From NCBI GenBank assembly GCA_040954595.2, contig CM082594.2, forward strand, positions 11,734,985 through 11,798,984: DNA of 64,000 nt, in the 5' to 3' direction. This document shows, piece by piece, positions 36,401 to 51,400 of the stretch (positions are counted from its first letter, which is position 1; the number at the start of each line of letters is the position of its first letter). The DNA comes from Balanoglossus misakiensis. Lineage: Eukaryota; Animalia; Hemichordata. The notes under the pieces are model-generated. The model worked only from the letters and a program-made list of their open reading frames with translations. It was not told the origin of the DNA and searched no databases. The position numbers and the translations under genes are program-made.

Positions 36401-39400
36401 ATAGGCATCATGAATCACATGGGATGGGGGTGTGAGATGTTTTACAGCTCAGCGGCACCTGCAAGTCACCAGTAATCAAGAAAACTAAAATCACAACACA
36501 ATTCCTGATGGAACAAAAGATCATTGTTACACTGTTAGTATTTTACCTCCAATAACTGCTGAGCTCTCATCTCCTTGTCAATCCTAATCTGTTCCAATCT
36601 CTGTAACTTCTCTTGCTGTTTGAGGAATTTCATGTGCTCTTTCTGTCGCCTCCTCTCTTCAGCCGCCATTAAAGCTAAACCAAAGAAAACTTGCATCATA
36701 AGTGAAATGGAAATAAAAATAACAAGGAAATGTTGTGTCTTGTATTTTTGTTGTTTTGTGTTCAACTTGGTTTTCTCTTCATGTCATCTTGTCTGTGCGT
36801 GTGTATGTATGTACGCACTATAAGGTGTGTATGTATTGTGTATGTGTGTGTATGTATCTATGCATATGCATGTGTGTGTCTGTGTGTATATGTGTATGTA
36901 CGTACGTACATATGAATGTATAGAGTTTACTGAATGCATCTTACTTTTATCTCAAGACACTAATAAGCTATTACAAGTCAGATTGGATTGCCATCCCAAC
37001 TTCATGTCAACCATCACCACGTTCCATATTCATGTCAATGTCATGGAGCAGTGTGTCACTATCCACATGTTGAAGTTTCATTTCAACACCCATGTCATCA
37101 TAATGTATGCAATATAGACAATGTTTCACTCTGCATGTTCATGTCAGTCTCCCCATATTATGTAGCATATTTGTGTATCTCTATGCTACATCAGCTGTGA
37201 TCATTAACACTATGATCATTTAAGTTAATCATGGATAAGCCACAATTTTTTTAATCAGTGTATGTATGTGTTCATGTGAACATGTGCGTGCGTGCATGTG
37301 TGTGTACCGTGCGTGCGTGAGTGTAATGTCATTGCTCCATCACAATAGCTTCTCTAGAAGAAACACAGAAGTGGTGGTGATTCAACACGGGACAGACACA
37401 CCACTATTAATTAAAGAGTTACCCAAACACAGGGCAACAAGAAGAGGGCACAATGAGGTTCAGTGTTGCCTTTATTAACAAATGTATGTACAGAAGAAAT
37501 GAAAGAGGACACCTTGAATGATGTCAGTACTTAAATAAAACATAATGCCATGTGACACTTAACTATCCAATCAGTGCCATTCTAAAGTCATGAATATTCA
37601 AAGATTCAGTTACTATGACTACAAAGTGCAAGGAAAGTATCACTCACAGCAGCACACAACACGTTGAAGTTGAAGGAGAACGGTGTTCCTTAGAACAGGA
37701 CAGTGGCATGGAGTTTTAATGGGAAGGTATTCTTAGATGTAAAATGTACCAAATTGGACTGTGACAAAGTCATGATGATGGTAAGAACTTCGTTGAGATT
37801 TACAGGGTGAGACAGAATGTAAGAGGACTCTGTAATGCGGGCACAGTGGCCAACGTTCAGAGTCCAGTTGGGAAATTACAACAGTGATGTGGTACATACA
37901 TCCTGTGTGCTGTTGTAAGTCTGGAAACTCGGTCCTTAACCCAACAAAGATAAAACATCAAAACAAATGAAGGCTGCTTTAAAGCCAGAGCAAGGTGTGA
38001 GGATACAGAGAGCGCAGGGAAGCCAATGACACATATAAATATAACTAAAAAACTCACAAAGATGACAGAGGTATTGTTATTTACAGGTGAGTTTTTTGTT
38101 TTGAGTTATCGTTTACTTGGCTGTTAGTCAAGACACTCCACCATATTTACCTCGATTTTTCTTGGCTTGCTTTGCCATTTCACTTTGAGCCAGTCGTTCC
38201 AGCTTACGTCTCCGCTTGGCTTCGGCAGCCCGTTTGGCCATTTCTGCAGGATAGTTGGTTTTTTTACAACAATTACTACTGGCTTGGTATGTAGACAGCT
38301 ATTCAAATCTTCCAGGAGTAAATGCTCATTTTTGTCTTTCTCTACACACAACTACAGTGTTGTCTTCTGGTGGTGGTGGTACTATCTCAGCTACTCGCGT
38401 CAAACCTGTCATTCTGTGATTCATCTTTAGACTGTCATGCATGAAGTATGTCCAAACAGCACCACACAAAATCATTGCCATTTAAACAAATAGATTTAGC
38501 AAATATCCTTGTTTCAACATCTCTCACTCAAGAATTTAAAATTAAAATCGTACAATTTGAATTTGAACGGTAATGGCAATAACTTAGTGACGCTGTTTTG
38601 AACCCCTTCACCAGGTTATTGTGGTGTAACCCAACTGTTTTCAATAGGGATACATGACCAGTAAGATCACAAGAGCCATCAACATACTTTTATCTTTGGG
38701 TTGCATTGTAACCTTTTCACCTCCGCTACTTTGAAGTTAGCAGATCCAATCATATCGTTGAAAACAGTGGGTTGCACCAACTAGAGGTGGTGAAGGGGTC
38801 TAAATTGAACTTACTAACCCTCATTACACATACTTCACTAGTGATGGGTAGCAACTATATGTGTACAACAATCTTACCAACCTGAAAGGTTGTCATTTTG
38901 GCTGACTATGACTTGTGGGGGGATGAAGGTTTGGGAGAGGGAATGAGACATACAAAAGCACAGCACACAACTATTTTGTAAGGGATGGGTTGGCAAAAAA
39001 GCAAAGCAATAGACAATTAGCATGAGAAAGGTAACCACATTCCTCAAGGGTTTAGAAATCCCTTCAAAGTGGAAATGGTTATTTATCTGATGCGAGTTCA
39101 ACAACTGACTGCGGTCTCTCAAAGACCATACAGCACAACAATGACCCATGTTATGAACCTTGGGTTCATGTCGGACACTTGGTATCAGTGGATGTGTTGA
39201 TTGACTGTTGGACCTTTAACTGAACTTTAACCCCTGTCCTTTGACCTCATGTTCCTTTTAATGGTTAGATTAGATCATGTCAACAGATGGTAGGTGGGGA
39301 ACTTCTACATTCACTTTTGTGCAACATGACTTCAAGAAGTTAGTAGTTTTGCAGAAACACGTTAACTGCACACTCAGTCCTCCATTCACACACATGGGAA

Positions 39401-42400
39401 CTTCATGAATGAAGCGGCTTTTACGGTCACCAATAATTTACACATTACGCCAATTTACCTTTGAAAGGGGAATGTCTAAATGAGTTCAAAGGACCATGTT
39501 GTGGTGGTGCACTTTCTGTGAGGTTTCCCCCTCGAGGTGAATCACTTGTCAGAATCTTTAGATTTGTACAGGTGACCTCATCCCGTTGTACAAAGCAACA
39601 TGGAAACTGGTCAATATCCATGCTTTCTACTGAAGTATTATAATAAATAATCTAATGAATAATTCATGACTTTAGCCATATGGTGATTGGTGGGTGTTAG
39701 CTACCTTGTAGTGGTCTGTTCAGATTACCTTGTTGTTCTAGTCGGCGTCTCATTTTGTTCTCGGCGGCTTTTCTGGCAAGTTCTTGAGACGTCCGTCTCT
39801 TTTCTTCCCGTTTGAGCTGCCTTTCCAGAGCTCTCAACTTCTTGGGGTCGTCTTGGACCAGGCGCCTTCGAAGTTCATGTTCTGTCATTGCTTCGTACAA
39901 GATGCCCTGGGGTACAAAGGACATATTGATTAGTATATCCAAACTTGTAAGATTGTATAAAATGAAAGGCATCTCCAAGAAGTCTTGGAGGTATGATGGG
40001 TGATGAGGCATTGCGGTGTAGCAACCAGACAGTTATAAGACTCAATACTTTCTTGACATAATCCTACTTACATTTTCCCCTTGCTTTGGATTCAGAAATT
40101 CTCCCACTTTGATCTTGACACTAAAGCTGAAGTTATCCCTGCTGACTGCAGTGATCCGGTGTTTGTCTAGGTAACGCATCACCTCTGGGTAAGTCTTGAT
40201 CTTCTTACCACAGGGGGCGTAGTAGACGACATCACCACGGATTCTGTCTCCAGGCCCCAATTGTCTGATCAGAGTCTGCCTTCTCCATCCACACTCTAAC
40301 GGAGCTCTTGCTTCATTCTCATCCTGCATTCGCCTCCGTTTAGCCGGTGTTGGCGTACTGGCAGCTGATGCTGGGACAATAAAAAAAAATGTGTCATTGC
40401 AACTTTCCCTATTCAAAGTCCCAGTAGTGCTATTTTTAACAGGAAAACATACATAGACCATTGCATTCCTAGCACTGTGATGTTACAGAAAGATTCTAAT
40501 GAATTTCATTTTTTTTAAACCTGTTGCTGAAGAGAATCTACTACTGTACTAAATTATAGAAAGTCGACATACAGTTCAGGGCTGATGATGGCGTTGATGA
40601 CATCATTGCTTCCTCAGACGACCTCTTCCTTTTATGATTTTCTTTCGGAGTAGATGCCTTGACAGGCGTTGATGGTGTGGACTGCGTGGCAGACTTGGAC
40701 TCTGCATCAGTGTCTGTGTTTTCATCATTGTCGTCATCTTCCTCATCATTGCTGTCGTCGTCGCTGGAATCACTGGAGTCATCCGAGTCAGAATCTGATA
40801 AGCCTATCAAAGGGTGATCATGAAAAGACAAAATTATGTTAATTCCATTGTTCCATAAAAATTTCACGAGGTTCTATGCTACGAACGTGCAACAGACAAA
40901 AAGCAACTTCTATAATGTTCACTGTGATTGGTTGATAACACAGTCACTTGAAATAACACTGCACCTGATTGGCTGTCATCACTGTCTGAGCTGTCACTGC
41001 TTCCACTGTCTTTCTCGCTGTCATCTTCGTTGTAATCGACACCTCGGAATTTGGCAACTATGGGTGTACTGCTTGTTTTTGATGCTGGAGACGAATTGCT
41101 TGATTTAGTCTCTTCTTTTGATGGTGCCTGTTCAAAACAGGGGCAAAAATACAATCAACTTGAGAATTATGGCCTCTCTTGTCACTGGGATTAAAGGCAA
41201 CAGCATTGCACAACTATTCAGACAACGCACGACTCTATTGGATACTAGAAGATGAACCTCACCTGAGACTTGACTTTATGACTTTTAGCCTGAGTAATAA
41301 CTGACGTCTGGTTTGATCTGATACCCTGAGACATGGACAAAGTGGCCTGAGTTGAGCCATCTGTCAGCTCACTTGAACCCTGTTGCAAAACGGCTGCAGC
41401 TTTGGCTGCAAACGCTTTCTCTCTCTCGGCCTGCGCCTTCTTCTGTAGTTTCAGTTGTTGCTGCTGTTGTTTGATATGTTGTTCTAGTTGCAGCTTCAGC
41501 TGTTCTTGTTTCAGTCTCTGCTCCTGTTGTCGAATCTGATGCTCATTATCGTGTTGATCCTTTTACATGAAGAGTGACAAGAACAGTTAGTAGTAACTCT
41601 AACTTTGGCATTTTTTTAAAAAGCATTTTTTTCCCTTGTACCAATTTATTCTTTTTCTATTCCCTATTCCATGAGCGAAATCCCCATAGTACAACTCACC
41701 TGTGATGTCACATGCATTTAAAGGCGGACATAGTGTATGTATACCAGCGAAACATTTCAAAAGCTTTTTACAGCAATGAACCTTGGTTTAGCTCATTCTC
41801 TGCATTAACATGGAGGGGAATTCAGGAGGCAATGAAATGACAGCTCTTTCTCCCATTTTGACTGTTCTCTATCTGACAACATTGTACGGAGAGAGCTGAT
41901 TGGGAGTTGAAGCTACACCCACAGTTTACCTAAAATTATTGAGACTTTGGAGTATGATCTAATGCAAGCGTTGCTATAACTTGTCTTCATTCAAAGCAGA
42001 CACTCTTTAGTGACAGCAATTGAGAATGTAAGGTATAATGACAAGGGGATAATAAGATATGAAAAGCAGAACAGACCCAAAGCAGGCAACAGTGTATCGT
42101 GCAATGAAGTTGAATTAACAGAGCCATGCAGTGCCACACACTTTTTTTGGAAATGGAGAATGACAAACGCAGGATAGAGGTGGGTCTGTAACCATAGCAT
42201 TGGCTTAGCTATGGCCATTCACCTTAGATTGTTGTTGTTTACTCATTTGTTTGTTTGGCTGCTTGTTTGTTTTGTTGGTCTGTTCGGCTTTGCCAATAGG
42301 TTCTTTTCCAACCTTCAATTTCCTTTCCAAAGCTTCTTTCTGTTGCTGCTTCAATTGTTGTTCTTGCTTCAGTAATTGCTTCTGTTTTTCTTCCAGTTGC

Positions 42401-45400
42401 TTTTTGGTCTAAATGAATAAATTAAAAGAGAGAATATATAATTCATCCAAAGCAAACACTTTGACTATGAAACTGGAAAATGACAATGTTGACATAATGT
42501 GCCAATTTACATCAATATGAGTATTGGCCTTCATTAAAAAAATGAACTACTATGAAAGACTTGCCTGAATAATCTGCTGCATTTCTTTGTCATCACTGTC
42601 TGATTCTGAATCTGGGGTGTCTGAGTCATCACTGGCACTGCTGACTTCTGAATTGTTGCTACTGCTACTACTGCTGCTGCCAACATCACTATCGTCATCA
42701 TCATCACTACTACTCATCTCACTACTGCTACCATCTTCCTTTTTCGTTTTCTTCTTCGCAGAGTCTGTCTTCGTGGTTGCAGAGACGGGCGCGGTCGCAG
42801 ATGAGCTCGTTGTGGAGGCTGCTGCAGAGGAACTGGTGGACAGGTTCAAAGGGGTGGCAGACATTGAAGTGACCGTTGCTGCTTTGGTGATCACGGACGA
42901 TTGTGTAAATGAGGGGACAGAAGTCAAAGGAGGCGGCTGGGGGAGCAACAACATTGCAGTTGATGGCTGTAAGTCACAAAAGAAAGGATACAAAAATTGA
43001 TCACAAACAGTAACATTTTATGTTCAAAAAACAATTCTGATCTATGTTATAACATCACAAATTATTAGTGTAACTTCACAAGAAAGAAAACAACTTACAT
43101 TGGCTTCTTTGAATCTATCTGCAGATAAGCTGCTGCTGCTGCTGCTCGGAGTGTGGTGAAGAGAGTTTTTACTGCTACCGCCTTTGGGTCTTCCGCGCTT
43201 GGGTTTGGTCACCGTCGGACTGCTGATGGTGGTACTGCTGCTGGCGATGGTGGTGTGGGTGCTGGTTGGAACGTTGCTGGCGGCTGTTGATGATGTTGAT
43301 GATGACGATGGAGACGTGGTCTTGGTCGGTGAACTCAGGGAGAATGGAGCACTTGCAGAAGTCGATTGAAACAGCGACCCACTGAATGCGCCGTTCAAAT
43401 CTAAAGAAAACAGTCGACAGTTCTTTTATCAATTTATATTATTCTACTTCCTGATTTTTCAGGGGATTTTCTTCGTAACAGAAATATTTACAACTTTGTA
43501 CATTTTTTTGCTACTCAGTATGTGTCATATGTGTCTGAACAGTTCGTGTGGTGCTGGTATGGCTTAGATTTGTGAGAGTGATACCAGCCCGACATCAGCC
43601 AGAGTACAGATTAATCGAATTTGCTCAAGGAGCTATATAAGCACTGACTGTTTCACTTACTTTTCTGTGCCTGTGATTGCCTGTAAAGGGAATCAAAACC
43701 TGGCGGACTGGATTCTCTTTCCCTGGAGGTACTGCCGAAGGTTGGCGCTGTCAAACCCAGGGTGCCACTGTAGTACTCATTGAGGCCAGCCATACTCCTA
43801 GCATGTCGCCACCAAGCTGCACCACCTTCATACAAAAAAATAAAAAAATAAAAATCATTGCAAAACCTTGCGAGACTTCTTAGACTAAAAAAGATTTAAG
43901 ATAGAAAAGTTGTAAAAAAAAAGATAAAATACACTTGTACCACTGATCTATGTAATTTGTATTTCCTTCTAAAACAGGTTTATGAATTTTTTTTGCATCT
44001 AACATGTAATGGACGCTACATGTACTATTTACATACAATACAGCAGTTACTTACATAATCAATAGTTACACTAGAAAATGTGTTGTATGTGTCATCAATA
44101 ACACAGATCCATTTGGCAGTGTTTTGTGCGTGATCAGATGTGCACAGATGTAGCCAGACCTAATGTTGTTGTCATAATCTATGACAACTTCTCTCTTCAG
44201 ATAAAAATACTTGATGAGCATGAAACCCTTTTCTTCCTCATCATAACATTTTCCTCCTGTGCCATGAAACCCTTCCCCTCAAAACCCATGGCAATAGTTA
44301 TCTTATGGAGTGATGGATAAACACTCTCAGTCAGAATTACCAATGTATGATTTGCTAATAATACAATACTTACGGCCACTCATTGGGTAGAAAAACAAAT
44401 GGCTGCTACAAATGGCATACTGGTACTATTTATGACATTTTTTGCTGTCATTCAAAGAAATGCCATAAACTAAATCCTTACAAAGTTGCCAGTGAAGGTC
44501 CTGGTTGTTAAAAATACCTTCTTTCCTGTTTCTCTCAACATGTTCATGCAGAGTTTCCTATACACTGGCTATTTCAGTATTTGACCATAATTCCCCAACC
44601 TCACAAAAAGAAACACAAACACACCAGTACCAAAAGACCAGAGTCAAATATGAGTGACGAGAGAGACAGAGAGAGATCCCCATTGATATCATCTGCCAGA
44701 GTGATAACTTACATTTTTGAGTAATTCAAAAAATAAAATGCTGAAAGACATTCTTGGTAACTATGGGACAGACAGATATTCTCATTGGAATCTCACAATC
44801 ACAATGGTAAATTTCCATGCCATTGTTGACACAGATAGTTAATTAATGTACATGTACACGCATGAATAATGTTATTATCGGTCTCACGTATGATTTCTCG
44901 TTCTCAGATATATTTCACCAAATTTTCAATCTGGAAGTATCTGTGTTTACAACAACTTAACAAATTTGTTTTGAACACATGCAGATCTTAACTCTCCTGG
45001 TCTATCATGATGTACACAATCAAATGCTGTGAGATGATATTCTGGCAAACTTCACAAAACTAATCAGTGATGGCAATAAATCATTACAGAACACACCTAC
45101 TCTGTCAGATGAATTGAATAAAAGAAATGAATAAATTGAGGACTGATGTATTATAGAATTTAACATAATTTGCAGATAGAGAGAGGTGAGTTTGCCTACA
45201 GAAATCCACTATGACCTCAAAAAATGTAACTGCAACAGTAGGAACAGAATGCATTGTGGGAAACCTGTTTCCATGGACACAGATGTCATTTGAAGGTCAC
45301 AAAGTCAATATTTCATCCAATGATATATCAGCTAACTAATTTACATCCCTTGGGTCAAAACATGCATGTACTAGCTAGAGAATTCTGCAGTGCGACTCCA

Positions 45401-48400
45401 ACACCCATGGGTGACAGAAATGACGACATTCACATTCTGTATCATTGTATATATAAGCAGAATCAGCTAGAATGGTCAGCTATATATTCAAAAGGCATCA
45501 CAGGGATATGTGGTTGAGTTTGACAAATCACACCACATTTCACTTCCCCAACACTTGAAGGTGGTGGTGGTCCATAGTTCACAGGAAAGTCTCCAACAAG
45601 GTGAAACTGTATACTTCATTTACAAGTGCGTGCTTAGCAAACAGTTTGCCTGGACGCTCACTTTACAATGATTACAGGTGATTACATACATGGCCATGCC
45701 CTGGGTTTTGTGGAAGTCCGTCCTTATACGCAGGTCCTCAGTTTGTTTTCTCAAGATGTTTCTGAGCCGCCTGGGGTATAAAGAGTCTGTGTATATAGTC
45801 TGGGGCACTGGCATTATTCTGAAATTACTGTTGCTTTTTTGTCCATTTCAATGTCCATGCCTGTGGTATTGACCTTATACCAAAATCCGATGAATGTTAC
45901 TTCTCCGTCACCAATTCTGGATGGAAAAAAATCTCTCCACTGACTGAGGTCAACCCTTCTGGGTGATATAACATCAACTCTACACAACTACAAGCTACAC
46001 CAAGCTGACACCGAAAGATTCCTACTCTCAAAGGAATGTGAGAATATATTTTTCAGTCCAAAAGAGCAGCCCTGACAGGAAACAGACACAAGCATCACAA
46101 ATGCCTTCATGAATGCTTCCTTCCACCGAACCTCAACCTAAATTCTTGTCAGAAAAGAAATGACTCTGGAATTTTCATAAGTTTTAACTTTTGCTGTAGA
46201 ACCAGGCACTCAGTGAACTACAAAATTTGTTAAATTGATGAACCTCTGGATAAGTATTTGCATTATGAACAATTACATGTTATTCAACTCACCAAATACA
46301 TCAACTGGTACTCTACACTGCTTTGATCCGAAACACACATATCTGCTTTTTTAGACAATTACAACCAGTTTGGTTGAAGCTTTCTACAGAGAGCTGCATT
46401 TGAATCACTCACAGGATGACTTGGATTCTAAAGCTTTCCAAATATAAAGCATGCAGGAGACAGGGAAACTGCCAAAGTGATACAGTTCCCTGAAGTACAC
46501 CTATAGGAAGTCTACCACTATGATAGGCAAAGTACAAAAAAACCAAGTGAATGTACATGTACTGATCAGATGTAAACAAGTATGGAGCTGCATGTAATGT
46601 CACGTGGTCTGCAGGTGTGTCTTTGGAGTGAAAGAGTGGAAAAAGAGATAGATATAAAAATTGAGAAGATTGGGTGAAATACATGAATAATATGTATATG
46701 TAATAGTCACCTAAAGTTGCCAAGTTACATAAATGCACACTGGCTGTGAGTGGCCAATGTAGACCTGCTGAAAGAACGCAAATAGAACCCCATGATATAG
46801 CTAATGCTTGGTTGGTTGTTAGTAAAAAATAAAATATATGATGAATTAAAAAAAATAAAGATAAGTTTCTATAAAAAAACGAGCCACATTAAATTATTAT
46901 GACGATTGGGAGAGTTATTGGAAAGGTTAAAGGTCATATGCAAGTTAGTACGGTACAAAAAGAAGAAGATTCTTAATTTGACATCAGTGAACTGTAACAT
47001 CCATTTTTAGGGGTAAAGTGCACTGACCCTAGCAGAGAGTAAGTTGGTGGCTCATTCCATGTTACACATATAGGGGTAGAAGTGAGTGAAATGACAGAGC
47101 ACAGTACGGACACTTCATTCTTGAAGAGTATTTTGTACTTGCGAGGAACGGTTTCAAGAAGACAGCCGTGTGATGTAAAAAAAAACACAGTAATGTACGG
47201 TGATGGTAAGGATCACAAGCAACAGGGTGTTGTACAGGGAAGCAGAGAAAGTGATTACATGCATTCTTTGAAGTCAATACGGAAGACATAGAAAGAAAGA
47301 TTGTTAAAAAAAATTCACTTACATGACATGACCAGGTAAAGAAGATGTTAAAAGTATGGAAAATGATGAAAGATACCAAAAACATTTCCTGTTTGACACC
47401 CACTTTTTCTTTCATCTTTTTGAGCTATGCAATGACATCATCAATGACGCATGCATCATCTGAATATGCCCTGTTTACTCGAGTGCCCAGCAAAATATCA
47501 GCAACCTGTTCAATACTCTGTCCAGCTCATCCAAGATGAAAGGCAGATTACAGCCTATGTTCTTAATTTCATTGTCCCCTGGTATCAACAAGAATGTTTC
47601 AATGCAGAAGCCTTTGATTCTGCCCACTGATTGGCTATTCACATGCAAATTGGAACTCTTGCATAACATAAACAGTTACTGTACTTCTGGACTTGGCTGG
47701 CTTTATCCGCTCTGGATGTACACAGTCAACTTTGTGTCACTCCACTAATTAGTGGATAAAGCAGAGTGTTTGGGAACAGGCTAACTGATAAATGCTGGGC
47801 ACAGCACTTGGGGCTATGTAATGGTGAGATTAGGGTGACTTCAAGCACCACACGCCTTACCTGTTGGGCTAAGAGGGCTGTGTGCCAGGGCAGCAGGTGA
47901 GCCCAAGGGACTGCCTAAGCCATCACGTAGATTTCCCAAACCACCAAATTCACTATGGGGACTGCGTGGTTGATACAGGGGCTGGCCAAACATGCTAAAG
48001 GCGCTCGGCATGTGTGTCACATACGGCTGGTCCCGAGATGTTGGTGGTCTTGTTGGGAACATGGGAGGACCTGAAATACACAGAGAAAAAAAAATAGTTT
48101 AACATCAACATCAATTTGATGCTGATTGTCTAGTTGATAAAACTCAAAATGCCTGCAGAAAAGCTGTGATGAATTTTACACCAGTGTTTTAATTTTAATT
48201 TTTCATCCTTTGGAACTGTCACTGTCTCAATTCAATATTTATACCTCTATCAATTCCAAATACATGTACACCACAACTAGCAATATCCCCACCACCACAA
48301 TTCGCTGTACTGATCCTGGTACTAGTGGTAGCCTATTCCCTTAAAGACATCATCACAACCATTTTACTTGTAGCCTTGCACCTATTTTGCAATCTTCTCA

Positions 48401-51400
48401 CAAACAAAACTCATGGGGACATCGGCAATAGATGGCATCATTTATCTTTTATTCATATCAGATGACAAGTTGCATCGCAGACTGAACATCTCAATTTTCT
48501 CACTGTGAATTCATCTAGTGACCTCTGCTGTATATCGCCAATGACCTCACTTAAAATACAATCTCCACACAATGATATGATTGGCTAAAATGCACCACAT
48601 GACCTGGGATAGCTCCAGGACTAATCTCCCTTCTGTTGAAGTCCAATCAGTTCTCACAATCAAAATCACAACATCACAAAAAATATTACAGATTTCTCCT
48701 CAGAATTCATGGATTGCCAAAAGGATGAGAAAAGGGATGTGTGCATTGAATCTGAGGCAATGAAGGACTCAATTGCATATACATCACCGAACCACGACAC
48801 CCTGTTGATTAGAATTTTCTGTTATAAAGGGTGATCCAGTCACTTTCTATGTTATCATACCTAGGAACACAAAAACACATACTCATGACACACATGTCCA
48901 CTCTTCAGGATTGTACTTTTTGTAGAAATGAATCTTTTGAGACAAATGATGAAGAGAGAAAACAGCATTGCAAAAATAAAACCCTGAGAAGTAGCACATC
49001 AGTAATATACAAGAGCCACATTTGTGTATCACCCCATTGCCATGAACAGGCAAGTTTCATGTCACCACAGAGCAACCAGCAAATAAAACAATTTTCCTTT
49101 ATCAGTCAGTAACAACTCCTGAGTCATGCTGCAATTGTCAAGTGGTCCCTCTTAGTTAAAAATTGAAATCCAGCACTTACAATGAGACAGATAAGATTAG
49201 GATGGATTTCACATCGAATTGAAAGATGTGATCAGAATATTATTTTTTTATGTTGAAAGTAATAATTACCAGCTGAATTATACACTGTGTGTACCTCATA
49301 AGATTGATAGATGAAGAAAGGTCAAAATTATGTTCTAATTTTACATACAATGATTTGACAATTTCTTTATTAGAGGGAGGAGTTTCATAATGATGACTAC
49401 ATGAGTGCATGTACTGATAAGTGCATCATTCGATAAATGTGCATAACTTGTTGAGAAATTTTCCTTCTTTTATCTGATCAAGAACCGATCTGCCACGACG
49501 ATGTCAACGCTCATCAACTGCAAATGATATCAAAGAAGAAAAAAGTCTGCATTTGGTGTCAATAACGCAATCCATCACAACCCTAAAATTCATTCAGGAA
49601 AACACAGCTTTCTGCTTTTGAGTTGCTGATCTACAGATATGCAACATGAATTCCCCATTAAAGATTCACACCTAGTGAAGATTGACACCTCGCAAGAATT
49701 GACATGCTCTTAATATTAAGCGACAAACCTTTCAAATATGAAAAAAATAAGCCCAATTTCTACCTATTTTCTTTTGAGCAAAAGTCCTTTTTTGAAAATC
49801 AATACATGGTGGATTGGCAATGTCAACAAACCTCACATAAGACTATAATATTTTTGACACCATGTAAAATTGCAATTATTCCATTCAAAATTGTCCCTCC
49901 TTTTTTGGAGGGTGGCTAATCTTATTAAAAAAACGAGTACAGTGAATGCTACAATAACAACCCATGAAAAGGCAATTACATTTATTATGAAAATGAGTAT
50001 CAATCAGAGATGATGATGGAAGGGTAATTTCCACTGCCTACACGTGTACATTATGGACGTCAAATTAAAAATGGGATCCGGTCTTTGAAGAGAGCATCAC
50101 CAATTTCCACTGCCAACTATTATACACACACACATGAACATCAAATCTAAAATTTGATCCCGCCCACTGAAACATGAGAAGCTAGATATTGACACAGTCA
50201 GAATCTACTCAGAGATACACACTTGAGTTCAATTTTGAATGTCATCTTTCTTGGCTCGCGTATCAATTACATACGCATGGAATAAAGAATCGTTAAAGCT
50301 CCATTAGCCACAACTTTTGGCTATTTCGTCAGTTTTCTGTGTGTGAGTGTCAACCACAGATTCTTGTTCATAGCGCTAAGGCATGATGCAATGCCCAGTT
50401 TTTAGCTTTAATCGACAAGTCCATATTGCAGAAAATTTTGACTTGAATTCATTCATTTATTAACAATAACTGCACATAGGCTATGTTGGGGGCTGATAGT
50501 GTCAAAGGTCATTCCATTAAGTGGACAATATTGTCACACAGCAAGATAATATTACAGAGATGGAAACATCCCAGGAATGATTTTAGTACATTTCACAGAT
50601 TTTTGCTACTTGATCTGAGAAGGATTCTGGGTATCATCCGGTCGATTGAGAAGGTCTCCAACAGGAAATAGGAAAAACTGTCACGACATCAGAGAACTTA
50701 ATTAGAACATCAATGCTTATATCACCAGAACAAAAGAGAATATTTTATTGACTTCAGGTAATTTTAATAATTTGCGTTTACAGTCAAACAAAGTGCTGTA
50801 AAAGAATACAGATGCAACACTGATATTTTTTGCATTGTAGTTTCACTAATAATATTGAGAGGACAATATTCCACAAACTGCCAAATAGACTGGTCAGTTT
50901 TGTTTTGATTGATGCAAACTTGAGGCATCAAATTCCCTGTGTATAATTTACCTTATGCTTGATTTTTTTGTGTACATACAATTAACATGTGCATGACCAT
51001 TTTAACATTGATCTAATCTGCCAGATTCTAATCAAAGAAGAGAAAGAGGCACTTTAAGGCTGTTAACACGAAAAGGAAAACCTAACTCCAAAGAGGAGGA
51101 GAGCGATTCTACTCTGAAATTTTAAATTTTATCACATGTGCGCATGACAGCATGGAGTGTATTAATGGAAGGAAGAGAAATATGACCTCAGAATATATGG
51201 ACAGCCTAATTTCAATTCTGACAGCTCTCTGAATTATGTTGAAGTTCAAACAGGAAGAGCAGCTGTGTTATCTCCATGACAAGTAAAGTGAGATTCTATC
51301 CGAGCGATGTCAACTGAATATAATGCCAACAAAATGATGGCTCGGTGCGATGAAACTCGACTCCTTTTGTATCCTGGCATTAATATCATCATTTCTAAAT

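Noticed and set aside
35187-37478. Cys/Val/His/Thr-rich ORFs
   Set aside because: Translations of CA/TG microsatellites.
37896-37934. Possible extra small exon in the intron between 36674 and 38151
   Set aside because: The better donor (GTATG) gives 35 nt and a frameshift, and the in-frame 39-nt version needs a weak GTACCA donor. There is no recognisable homology, so it cannot be supported without RNA-seq.
30571-43369. Plus-strand ORFs overlapping BAZ2B-like exons (e.g. 30571-30900, 42587-43000, 43184-43369)
   Set aside because: Antisense shadows of low-complexity coding exons.
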